The notes under the pieces: model-generated
Seen by the model: only the letters and a program-made list of their open reading frames with translations
The model's database searches: none
Told to the model about the DNA's origin: nothing
Translations under genes and position numbers: made by a program
From: an uncultured virus (IMG/VR IMGVR_UViG_3300037455_000857)
Taxonomy: Duplodnaviria > Heunggongvirae > Uroviricota > Caudoviricetes
DNA: 20,000 bases
Strand: one strand, 5' to 3'
Virus record (IMG/VR): IMGVR_UViG_3300037455_000857
Shown: in pieces, positions 9,228 through 17,050 of the stretch
How the letters are laid out: every line of letters begins with the position of its first letter
Numbering within the stretch: the first letter of the stretch is position 1

Positions 9228-9887
9228 TTAAATTTTGTCCCAAACGAAAATGAAAAGTTGCAGGAAGCACACGACTTCCATAAAGAATATCCACGCCTTG
9301 TTGTCAACGTCAACGGAATAGTCGGGGTTGTATGCGCCAGGGGTGTTGATGCCTATCAGTATGAACATCACATAGGACAGAATCATACTCGGTATCGCGA
9401 CAAAACTTGTAAGGCAGAGATAAGTCGTGATGAGTGCTATTGTAACAAGGGAGCAGATATAGTGTATGGGTCTTGCCCAACCGTATTTGAAAAACACGCT
9501 TGGCTTGAATTTCTCCAAGAGTTCCTTTATGAATTCCTTGAATGACTTTTTGACGATGGGCTGCTTGGTGTCGAAGCGAACTTCGGGTACATAGGTGTCT
9601 CCGCCGTCACGTTTTGGTCCAGATTTGTAGCGGCAACTAACGCCTATCATAACCATACACACGACAACCACAATCGGAATCCAACAAAGGTTTTTCGGGG
9701 ATATTGTGAACCACCAAAAACCGAATGGAACTGCGGTTAGCGAACACCACGCGCTGAACATCCAATCCCATTTGTTAGGGAGAAGGTAGTATGTTTCGGA
9801 AATTGATACGGGAACTCCGTATTTGAACAATATAAAGATTATGTATGCAAAGCACAACACAATCGAAATAATGGGTAAACTAATCAT
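9228..9887 (-). CDS. Multi-pass membrane protein, hypothetical
   Basis: About 5-6 hydrophobic segments around a charged central loop; no leader motif; tightly packed with its neighbours (6-7 bp gaps). Confidence 0.8.
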   Translation of the reverse strand: MISLPIISIVLCFAYIIFILFKYGVPVSISETYYLLPNKWDWMFSAWCSLTAVPFGFWWFTISPKNLCWIPIVVVVCMVMIGVSCRYKSGPKRDGGDTYVPEVRFDTKQPIVKKSFKEFIKELLEKFKPSVFFKYGWARPIHYICSLVTIALITTYLCLTSFVAIPSMILSYVMFILIGINTPGAYNPDYSVDVDNKAWIFFMEVVCFLQLFIFVWDKI

Positions 9888-9894
9888 AATACTC

Positions 9895-11178
9895 TTATTT
9901 TTCTCTTTTTATGTCAACTATCATCCTCAAATTGGGTGATATATTATCTTGGTTGATTATGTCGAACAATCCAAAGATGTTCTGCCACACGGGAAGCATC
10001 ATATCGTTTTTTCCAAAGTCCAATGGCAGGAAATCACGAATCAGCGATTGCTGCTCATACGTATAGTCAGCCATACCTTCTTGTATAAGCGTGTTGAGCA
10101 TCCCAAGTTCCTTTTCGGTGAGCGTGAGTTTCATATATGTTTTAGTCATATCGGTTCGCCACCAAGACGATTTCATCTTTTCAAGTTTCTTCAAAAGCGA
10201 GTGCTTTATCATATCATCGGTGTTCCCGACTGAATGCAGCCGTGACGCACTCATAGGCTGTATGTCGAGTTTCTCGTTAAGGAACGGTTTTCTTCTTTTC
10301 CAAACGCACACCGCTTTTCTGATTGGGGGGTTCTTGAAATATTCCTTTGGCAGCGGGAGCGTTAAATCGGGTATTCTGTAAACGGCATCAACGTAATTGT
10401 AATAATCGTCTATCAAATACTCTTTAAGGGATTTGTCATAGTTAAACGCTTGGTTTGTCAGAACACCTTTGTCGTTCACGCCTATAAGCAGGTCAAATGC
10501 CAAATGGAGTTTGTCGGTGGTGAATATGATGTCGGTGTAGTCTTCATAGTCGTTGTCGCTTGCTTTCGGCATATATACGTATATGTTGTTTCTGACAAAC
10601 CCGTGGTTCGCCTTTTCAACGATTATGTCGCCTAACTGAAAATTCTCCGACATCTCCTCCGCCGTTCTGTATTTCTTGACGCTTCCATATTTGCCGAGTC
10701 TTTCCTTTGACACGGGCTGTATATTCAGTTTCTCGTCCACTTTGTTTTTGTCTGTCAGTTCTATGATAAGAACCGTTTCCAACGGATTGTGCTTGATTTT
10801 TATACCTTCTTCCCAAACGCCAAGATGATAGAATATGGCGTACATTGTGACCGAGTTGAGTTGGTTGTACCCTTCTATGAATGGTATGCAATCGTGTAGT
10901 TTTTGGTATGTCAACGTGTTTGGAAGAGAGTCTTTCATTATCCCGTACATTATATCGTTGAACGCATCGAGTTCCTTGCTTGTGAGTTTGAGCCGTATGC
11001 ACTCTCTGTATTTACCGTTTTGGCTTTCATAGTATTCTATCGGCTCTATCTTTGACAGACCCAATTTGCGTTTCAGCGATTTTTCGGCAGAACCGAGTTT
11101 TTTGAGCGCGTCCGCTGTAATCGGCTTTATGTCGAGTTTCTCGCAAGTCAGAAATTCGTTGGTTTGTAAAACTTTCAT
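9895..11178 (-). CDS. Leader-family protein with three modules (unknown domain D / TGD-type / domain D); first gene of the leftward operon
   Basis: Start reassigned to the ATG at 11178 (MKVLQTNEFLTCEKLDIKP), 22 bp downstream of a TATAAATA box. Internal VDEKLNIQP and LNEKLDIQP. Confidence 0.85.
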   Translation of the reverse strand: MKVLQTNEFLTCEKLDIKPITADALKKLGSAEKSLKRKLGLSKIEPIEYYESQNGKYRECIRLKLTSKELDAFNDIMYGIMKDSLPNTLTYQKLHDCIPFIEGYNQLNSVTMYAIFYHLGVWEEGIKIKHNPLETVLIIELTDKNKVDEKLNIQPVSKERLGKYGSVKKYRTAEEMSENFQLGDIIVEKANHGFVRNNIYVYMPKASDNDYEDYTDIIFTTDKLHLAFDLLIGVNDKGVLTNQAFNYDKSLKEYLIDDYYNYVDAVYRIPDLTLPLPKEYFKNPPIRKAVCVWKRRKPFLNEKLDIQPMSASRLHSVGNTDDMIKHSLLKKLEKMKSSWWRTDMTKTYMKLTLTEKELGMLNTLIQEGMADYTYEQQSLIRDFLPLDFGKNDMMLPVWQNIFGLFDIINQDNISPNLRMIVDIKREK

Positions 11179-11200
11179 ATCACATTGTATATGGTTGTTA

Positions 11201-11208
11201 TATTTATA
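11201..11208 (-). promoter_or_regulatory. T4-late-type promoter box TATAAATA driving the leftward leader-family operon
   Basis: tatttata on the + strand, just upstream of the ATG at 11178; matches the T4 gp55 late consensus. Confidence 0.65.
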
Positions 11209-11400
11209 TGTATTGACCGATTTGCGGTTTTGTTCGGTTTTTTCCGAAATTCTCCGAAATCCTGCCGAAAACGGGGTATCGCTCATAAAACAAATATATC
11301 TGCATAAAAAAGACAAATACATCTTAACACTTTGACTAATAATTAGTTGTGATAAAAATTCACGATTCGTGAATTGTGAAATATCGCTGAAAAACGCTGT

Positions 11401-11408
11401 TATAAATA
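11401..11408 (+). promoter_or_regulatory. T4-late-type promoter box TATAAATA for the major capsid gene
   Basis: Exact TATAAATA about 90 bp upstream of the capsid ATG. Confidence 0.65.
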
Positions 11409-11496
11409 TATTGAGCAAAAAACACAAATAGTCTGTTAAGTTATAGAAGAAAAGAACTTTCACTGACTGTGCTTATCAAAAATATTATTAAAAACA

Positions 11497-13293
11497 ATGT
11501 ATTACAATTCTATTAATGAATCTCAAGTTCTCAATACTTGGGGACAGCACATTAAGGAGAGTTTGGGCATTAACGATGAAAGCAAATTGGCTTGGATGTC
11601 AAAGTATGCTTATATGCACGACTTGCACGACAAGAAAATGTTGAACGAATCAGTTGACGGTCACGCCCATCTGAATCCTAATATGACAATCGGCGGAATG
11701 GGTGCTATCACCTTCCCAGGCGCAGGCACTAACAACACCTACGACCGTTCACTCGCAGGCAGCGGTGACAATGTTTACAGCGTGCTTCCTCTTGCTTTGC
11801 AAGTAGCCGCTCAAACCATCGCTCTCGACCTCGTTCCCGTTGTTCCTATGCAGGGCCCTCACGGACTTTTGCAATACCTCGACTATGTTTACGAAGGTGG
11901 CAGACTCCACAACCAAGGTGGCAGCATCTACACAAGCGTTAACAACGAAAACTATGCATCACCTTATATGATTAAGGCTATGCTGTTTGACGTAACCGAG
12001 GGAGAAGGCAGCGATGCTGAAAAGCACACTTTCCGTCCAAACGCCAAGTACGTTTTGACCGAGAACGGTGAAACCATCGAAGACTACGATTTGACCTACA
12101 TTTATCCTAACCGTATTGACGGCAAGCCTCTGTTCCGCGTGATTGAGAAATCACACTACAACGGTCAGAAGATGGTCGGCGGCGAAAATGCAGCAACTCC
12201 AATCTACAAAATCTTCGCTGATATGAAGACCACAGAGAACCCACAAGGTATCTATGGTATCAAGTGCATCGGCAGCGGTTCAGACGACATCGAACTCACA
12301 GTCGGAAGAAGCGAGACTCCTCAAGAAGTTCGCGCATTCGAAGACCACGTGACCTCATTCAGCGGCGAAGGATTCTTGAAGGACACTGTTACTTCAAACA
12401 ACCCTTACACCCGTGAAATGGGCGAAGCAACCCCAGGTCGTAAAATCGGTCTGAAGTCTTACACTTTGGATGTCAAGGCTACGACTTTCCAAGTTGATTC
12501 AGCCATCACCCGCGAGCAAGTTCAAGACTTGAAGCAATTCGGTATTGACGCTGTTGCTCAAGCAGAGGCTGCATTGGTGAACGAACTCACTCAATGTATC
12601 AACAAGGTCATCCTTGAAAAGATGTTCAACCTCGGTGCTTTGAACGCTAAACAACTCGAAGAAGTTGAAGGATTCAACCAAATCTCCGCTTGGTTCACCA
12701 ACGGAACTCCTACTGCAACCACCAAAGAAATTTGGTTGGGCGACAAGTATGACAAAGAAGGCGAATTGGTAGGCAAAATCACAACCAATGTTCCTTACAC
12801 CAACGTAACGGGCGGCGGCGAAGTGATGGGTACTGTCCAAAGACGTGTGATGACCAAAATCATCGCTGCTTCTAACATCATCGCAGTTCGTGGTCGTAGA
12901 GGTGCAGGTACATTCGCCGTGGTAAGCGGTACAATCGGAACTGCTCTCCAAGACTGCGCAGGATTCGTTCCTTATCCATTGAGCAACACCATCTCCGCTA
13001 ACGGAAACAGCCTCTACCCAATCGGTGCATTGGCAGGTATCAGCATCTATGTTGACCCCAATATGGCATTCAACGACACCCGCGTTTGCGTTGGTCGTAA
13101 GGGTAAAGAAAACGAGCCAGGCATCGTGTTTATGCCTTACTTGATGGCTGACAAGGTGGAAACCACTTCAGAGTTCACAATGGCACCAGTCATTTCTCTG
13201 AAATCCCGTTTCGCAGTTGTTGAAGCAGGTATCTACCCGCAAACTCAATACTACACCTTCGGTATCAAACTCGATGGCGTGAGCCTCGTGTAA
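11497..13293 (+). CDS. Major capsid protein, T4 gp23-like (HK97 fold)
   Basis: gp23-like motifs: AQTIALDLVPVVPMQGPHG (cf. gp23 IAFDICGVQPM..PTG), QDLK..GIDA, GALAGISIYVDP, GRKG...GIVFMPY, PVISLKSRFAV. It has a late box upstream and a strong terminator downstream. Confidence 0.92.
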   Translation: MYYNSINESQVLNTWGQHIKESLGINDESKLAWMSKYAYMHDLHDKKMLNESVDGHAHLNPNMTIGGMGAITFPGAGTNNTYDRSLAGSGDNVYSVLPLALQVAAQTIALDLVPVVPMQGPHGLLQYLDYVYEGGRLHNQGGSIYTSVNNENYASPYMIKAMLFDVTEGEGSDAEKHTFRPNAKYVLTENGETIEDYDLTYIYPNRIDGKPLFRVIEKSHYNGQKMVGGENAATPIYKIFADMKTTENPQGIYGIKCIGSGSDDIELTVGRSETPQEVRAFEDHVTSFSGEGFLKDTVTSNNPYTREMGEATPGRKIGLKSYTLDVKATTFQVDSAITREQVQDLKQFGIDAVAQAEAALVNELTQCINKVILEKMFNLGALNAKQLEEVEGFNQISAWFTNGTPTATTKEIWLGDKYDKEGELVGKITTNVPYTNVTGGGEVMGTVQRRVMTKIIAASNIIAVRGRRGAGTFAVVSGTIGTALQDCAGFVPYPLSNTISANGNSLYPIGALAGISIYVDPNMAFNDTRVCVGRKGKENEPGIVFMPYLMADKVETTSEFTMAPVISLKSRFAVVEAGIYPQTQYYTFGIKLDGVSLV

Positions 13294-13314
13294 CCCTTAA
13301 TTGGGAATAAACCC

Positions 13315-13346
13315 AAAAGGAGTTGAGCAATCAACTCCTTTTTTTT
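13315..13346 (+). terminator. Rho-independent terminator after the capsid gene
   Basis: GGAGTTGA-GCAA-TCAACTCC stem with a GNRA loop, followed by T8. Confidence 0.9.
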
Positions 13347-13360
13347 GTCCCATCAATTCG

Positions 13361-13368
13361 TATAAATA
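13361..13368 (+). promoter_or_regulatory. T4-late-type promoter box TATAAATA
   Basis: TTCG-TATAAATA directly after the capsid terminator and 18 bp before the ATG at 13387. Confidence 0.65.
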
Positions 13369-13386
13369 TACATATATAATTCATAT

Positions 13387-13854
13387 ATGAAAATACTGAA
13401 CACACAAGAATACGTTAACGAGAAACTGAACATACAGCCCATCACAAAGGATAGACTTAAACCCATACCGACATACGGGATGTATAAAACACCGTCTGAA
13501 ATGAGAAATAATTTCAAGACGGGCGACATAGCGATATTTTCCTGCTTTTCAAACAACACGCTCACGGTATATGTTTCCTATGAGGATTTGTCGGAAAACA
13601 AATATCCGTTTATTTCTGACAGCCTTTCTTCATCCGTGATGAAATTGTGGGATGAAGGCATATTCGTGACACGTTCTGACGATAAACTGACTCTGTTTTG
13701 CGGATTGTCTGAATGCAATGAAAACCTTGAAGGCAAGACTTACAATGTTTGGAGGGTTTATAGAAATTATCCGAAACCGTTGACTGAACGCAATTTCACC
13801 AATCCGCTTATGAGCAAGTCTGTCTTGATATACCAAGGAAACGCTAATTTTTAA
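13387..13854 (+). CDS. Leader-family protein, one TGD-type domain
   Basis: MKILNTQEYVNEKLNIQPITKDRL...MRNNFKTGDIAI...VYR. Confidence 0.88.
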   Translation: MKILNTQEYVNEKLNIQPITKDRLKPIPTYGMYKTPSEMRNNFKTGDIAIFSCFSNNTLTVYVSYEDLSENKYPFISDSLSSSVMKLWDEGIFVTRSDDKLTLFCGLSECNENLEGKTYNVWRVYRNYPKPLTERNFTNPLMSKSVLIYQGNANF

Positions 13855-13860
13855 AGTGAT

Positions 13861-14376
13861 ATGAAGATACTCAATACAAAGCAGTTCAACGAAAAATTAA
13901 ACATAACACCTCTTTCGCAAGACAGAATCCGAAAGGGTTTTGTGAAGATGTGTCATACGGTCAAGGAAATGCGCAAGAACCTGCAAACGGGGGACATCGC
14001 CATAATACACACATACCTTGGCAAGGAAACCTCTTGGAATTACGATTCAAAGAATTCACCATACATATCATATAAGGATTTGGAAGAGGAAACATATACC
14101 GATATGCTTGACAAAGATTATTTCAGATTGTTGGACGACAAAATGAAAGACGGTGTGTTTCTGTCGTACCATCCCGAAGCGGATGCGAAAGTAACGAATC
14201 GCTTCGGTGATTCGTGGGTTTCGTATTTTGATGACAATTTCGTTTGGAAGACGGATATGTTCAGTTTCAAAATAATGGAAATCCGCAGAATACCGAAATT
14301 GGTGCTGCCGTTGACCTTGGAATATTTTGAGAACCCGCCGATTGAAAAATCGGTTCTTGTTTGGAAAAGAAAATAG
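13861..14376 (+). CDS. Leader-family protein, one TGD-type domain
   Basis: MKILNTKQFNEKLNITP...LQTGDIAI...YFENPPIEKSVLVWKRK. Confidence 0.88.
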   Translation: MKILNTKQFNEKLNITPLSQDRIRKGFVKMCHTVKEMRKNLQTGDIAIIHTYLGKETSWNYDSKNSPYISYKDLEEETYTDMLDKDYFRLLDDKMKDGVFLSYHPEADAKVTNRFGDSWVSYFDDNFVWKTDMFSFKIMEIRRIPKLVLPLTLEYFENPPIEKSVLVWKRK

Positions 14377-14379
14377 GAT

Positions 14380-14613
14380 ATGAGCCTTGATGAATTATGC
14401 AGACAGATAATGACTGCAATAAAATTGCCAAAGGAATACCACATAGCGGCGGTGTTCAAGGATGACGACAGCGATGAAATAATCGGTTGGGCTGTGCTTG
14501 ACAAAGACAACAATATGCTTACCGATATGATATCCACGGAGGATTTGCCGAATTGGGAATCATACATTATGGATGGTTGTGACGCTGATTATGACACGCC
14601 TTATGTAATATAA
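14380..14613 (+). CDS. Small acidic hypothetical protein
   Basis: 77-aa ORF that fills the gap between co-oriented genes with 3-8 bp spacing. Confidence 0.7.
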   Translation: MSLDELCRQIMTAIKLPKEYHIAAVFKDDDSDEIIGWAVLDKDNNMLTDMISTEDLPNWESYIMDGCDADYDTPYVI

Positions 14614-14616
14614 ATA
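14609..14616 (+). promoter_or_regulatory. Possible late box TATAAATA immediately before a leader-family gene
   Basis: Exact TATAAATA overlapping the previous stop, only 5 bp before the ATG at 14622; it could be chance in an AT-rich gap. Confidence 0.4.
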
Positions 14617-14621
14617 TAATT

Positions 14622-15056
14622 ATGGAAAAAATATTGTCATACAATAAATTCTGCAACGAGAAACTGAACATACAGCCTATGACAAAAGATAGGTTGAATG
14701 AACCTCTCGGAAGCGATTATGCCGTATTCAAGAAAAACGTTCTTGAACTCATTGATATGATTAAGCACGATTCTGAATACGGAAATGAGATAGACAAAAT
14801 AGACTTTCGTATGCAGTTCGACCAAGTAAATAGCGACATTTTTCCCATACCGTCAAACGCAAAGGAAATGACTGAATTGTGGAATTTCGTGGAAAGCAAT
14901 TTGAAACAAGGTAACGGATTCCACGATGGAAAAGACGAAAGTTACATTTTTATCGATGCGTACTATAATGGTAACGATAGTGCTGAATGTATAGATTACA
15001 GTATGACGGTAAGATATAACGCAAACAAAGAGTTTGTTATAACAATAATTGAATAA
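14622..15056 (+). CDS. Leader-family protein with a unique acidic payload domain
   Basis: MEKILSYNKFCNEKLNIQPMTKDRL followed by sequence unlike the other payloads. Confidence 0.85.
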   Translation: MEKILSYNKFCNEKLNIQPMTKDRLNEPLGSDYAVFKKNVLELIDMIKHDSEYGNEIDKIDFRMQFDQVNSDIFPIPSNAKEMTELWNFVESNLKQGNGFHDGKDESYIFIDAYYNGNDSAECIDYSMTVRYNANKEFVITIIE

Positions 15057-15068
15057 AATAAAATAAAT

Positions 15069-15677
15069 ATGCAAGAATTTGAACAATTGATTACCGATAT
15101 GAAAGCGAACAACGCCATAACAGCGGTTGTTACGGTTTCATTAAAAGAAAAATTAGAAGAAACTTTCAGCGCAACGGTCAGACTGAAAAGGTTTGACTTG
15201 AGCATACCCGACAACAAGAGAAGCGACAACGACTTTTTCTACTATTTCGACAGCGTTGACGAAATGGTTTTGGCAATGGACGAGGCAAACGCCGACTTCG
15301 GGTTTGTAATCCGCAGCATTGATTCATACGAGGTCGGTTTGGTGAAATGCACTGACATTGATTGGGATACCGATGACGATTATGACGAGGACGAAACACC
15401 CGATTTGCCAATGAGCGTTGTTATTTTCCCGAATTATCTCAAAGATAACTACAGCATCACAGATGAGGATTTCAATGACGGAGATGCATTGGGCAATGCC
15501 ATTGTCGATTGCTTGAGTGACAGTTACGGATTCTGCGTCAACTCATATAGTTGGTGCTTTATTCCGCAAAGCGAGTTTTCTCCGAATACCGAGGAAGCCG
15601 TAACCGAAAAGTATGTTATGGACATCAACACGTTCATCAACGAAAGCAAGAAACCGAAAGTAGCGGTTATCAAATAA
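15069..15677 (+). CDS. Highly acidic hypothetical protein
   Basis: 202-aa D/E-rich ORF with an A-rich leader, ending just before a terminator. Confidence 0.8.
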   Translation: MQEFEQLITDMKANNAITAVVTVSLKEKLEETFSATVRLKRFDLSIPDNKRSDNDFFYYFDSVDEMVLAMDEANADFGFVIRSIDSYEVGLVKCTDIDWDTDDDYDEDETPDLPMSVVIFPNYLKDNYSITDEDFNDGDALGNAIVDCLSDSYGFCVNSYSWCFIPQSEFSPNTEEAVTEKYVMDINTFINESKKPKVAVIK

Positions 15678-15679
15678 GC

Positions 15680-15710
15680 AAAACGCCTGCGCTTGCAGGC
15701 GTTTTTGTTT
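15680..15710. terminator. Bidirectional intrinsic terminator between convergent genes
   Basis: AAAACGCCTGC-GCTT-GCAGGCGTTTT hairpin with A/T tracts on both sides. Confidence 0.85.
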
Positions 15711-16567
15711 TAAAACAGTTTCTTTTCTTCAACGTATCTGTTTTCGTTCTTGACTTCCTCCCGCAAGATTTTCGGGTAAGCCGTGTTCGGGTTTATTCGG
15801 TGGTGCAAGCGCATATACTTCGTGAAGAACTGCTTTATGCAGGTGCAGGACGGCGCGACCATAACGGTATAGAAACTCTTGACGTATGTACCGACACCCA
15901 TATACGCTTCGGTGATTCCTCCCTTATTCTGCTGCGTGTCGGTTTGGTCTAACTGAATGTTCATAATAGTCAAGAATATTTCGCCGCGCATACCGCCTAC
16001 CGTGTATGTGTTAGCATCCTCGTTCAGTGTACCTATGAATTTGAACGGTTTGTCAACAGAGCATATAAACGAGTTCATCGCCTTTCTCTTGTATTGCAGA
16101 CCCTTGTAACCGCCAACGTGGTCTCCGCCTTGGCAGAACGCCACTGTTGTTATTGGTGTGTTTTCGTAAAATTCAAGCAGGCTTTCAAACAGAAGGTCTA
16201 TGTTCTTTATGGCGACCGCGCCTTCAAGTGTCCTTATTGTGAATACGTAATAGTCATCGTCATATTCGGCGAAATATTTGTATCCAAGTTTTTTGGCAAT
16301 GTCAAAGCAGGCATTCCTTGCATAGACGATAACGCCCCACTTTTCAAAATTATCCATAACGTCAAACGTCTTGGCGACCTCTTTCTTGCTGAAAAGTATG
16401 ATTTTGTCCTTTCCGAAATTTTTGCAGTATTGGTCGTATGTGTCGTCCTCGTCATCAAGGACAATATACCAATCGCCAGTATACCCGCTGTGTTTTAGCG
16501 AATGAAGGGTCTTTACATCATTCGGTCTTTTGTGTGATAATATGAATATGCAGAAATCACTTCTCAT
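15710..16567 (-). CDS. GT-A fold glycosyltransferase-like protein (TET-associated/GREB1-like family), putative DNA base modification
   Basis: IFILSHKRP, YIVLDDED, YARN, EYDDDY (DxD-type), KRKAMNSF, NED motifs, recognised by eye as this phage family. Confidence 0.7.
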   Translation of the reverse strand: MRSDFCIFILSHKRPNDVKTLHSLKHSGYTGDWYIVLDDEDDTYDQYCKNFGKDKIILFSKKEVAKTFDVMDNFEKWGVIVYARNACFDIAKKLGYKYFAEYDDDYYVFTIRTLEGAVAIKNIDLLFESLLEFYENTPITTVAFCQGGDHVGGYKGLQYKRKAMNSFICSVDKPFKFIGTLNEDANTYTVGGMRGEIFLTIMNIQLDQTDTQQNKGGITEAYMGVGTYVKSFYTVMVAPSCTCIKQFFTKYMRLHHRINPNTAYPKILREEVKNENRYVEEKKLF

Positions 16568-16991
16568 CCCTTTTCTTTTTTAAGTCCTTTGCTTCGTCAG
16601 CAATGATGTTCTGAAGTTTGACGAATCCGTATTCGATTGCCTTGTTATAGTCTATGATAACGAGTGCGGATTTCTCCATTAGGTCTTTCATTTCCTTTGA
16701 TGCGTGGGCGTAGTAGTCGGCTATCTTCGCGTAGTTGTAAACGGTGTGTCGTTGGGCGGCATTAAGCAGGAACGCCTTTTCTTCCTCGCCGAGATTGCTT
16801 TTCTTTATCTCTTTCACGAGGGCGTTTGTCTTTGATTTGTCGATAAGTTCCGAAATCTTCGGCTTTTCGTTTTTCGGTTCGTAAATGGGTACGTCAACCT
16901 TTGCCGTGTATTTCTCGTTTTCAAGGGAATCTTGTATGAGTTCCTCCTTGCTTTTTTCTTCTTCACCGAACAGCGAGTGTGTTTTTGCCAT
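16557..16991 (-). CDS. Conserved phage hypothetical protein, partner of the glycosyltransferase
   Basis: YTAKVDVPIYEP...FLLNAAQRHTVYNYAKIADYYAHAS...SALVIID; overlaps the glycosyltransferase start by 11 bp. Confidence 0.8.
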   Translation of the reverse strand: MAKTHSLFGEEEKSKEELIQDSLENEKYTAKVDVPIYEPKNEKPKISELIDKSKTNALVKEIKKSNLGEEEKAFLLNAAQRHTVYNYAKIADYYAHASKEMKDLMEKSALVIIDYNKAIEYGFVKLQNIIADEAKDLKKKRDEK

Positions 16992-17050
16992 TTCAAATGA
17001 TTTTGGTTACATACTAATATAATAAAAATTCCGCAAATGTGCGGAATCCT

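Noticed and set aside
11179..11463. N-terminal extensions in the ORF track (9895..11463; also 582..1352, 6846..8324, 1772..2803, 1318..1782)
   Set aside because: The conserved leader marks the true starts. The extensions overlap neighbouring genes or the promoter region.
14374..14382. TAG-to-Gln recoding (as in Lak or some crAss-like phages), suggested by the in-frame TAG GAT ATG junction
   Set aside because: The structural and other long genes are intact in code 11, coding density is already near complete, and this TAG falls at the usual end of the TGD domain (VWKRK).
44..14700. Leader as a Sec, lipoprotein or Tat signal peptide
   Set aside because: It has no hydrophobic core, lipobox or twin-arginine motif, and it also occurs internally.
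1..15056. The recurring ~50-bp leader DNA as a CRISPR array, attC-like site or other non-coding repeat
   Set aside because: The copies are always in frame within ORFs, are spaced hundreds of bp apart, vary mainly at synonymous positions, and are not palindromic. Selection appears to act on the peptide.
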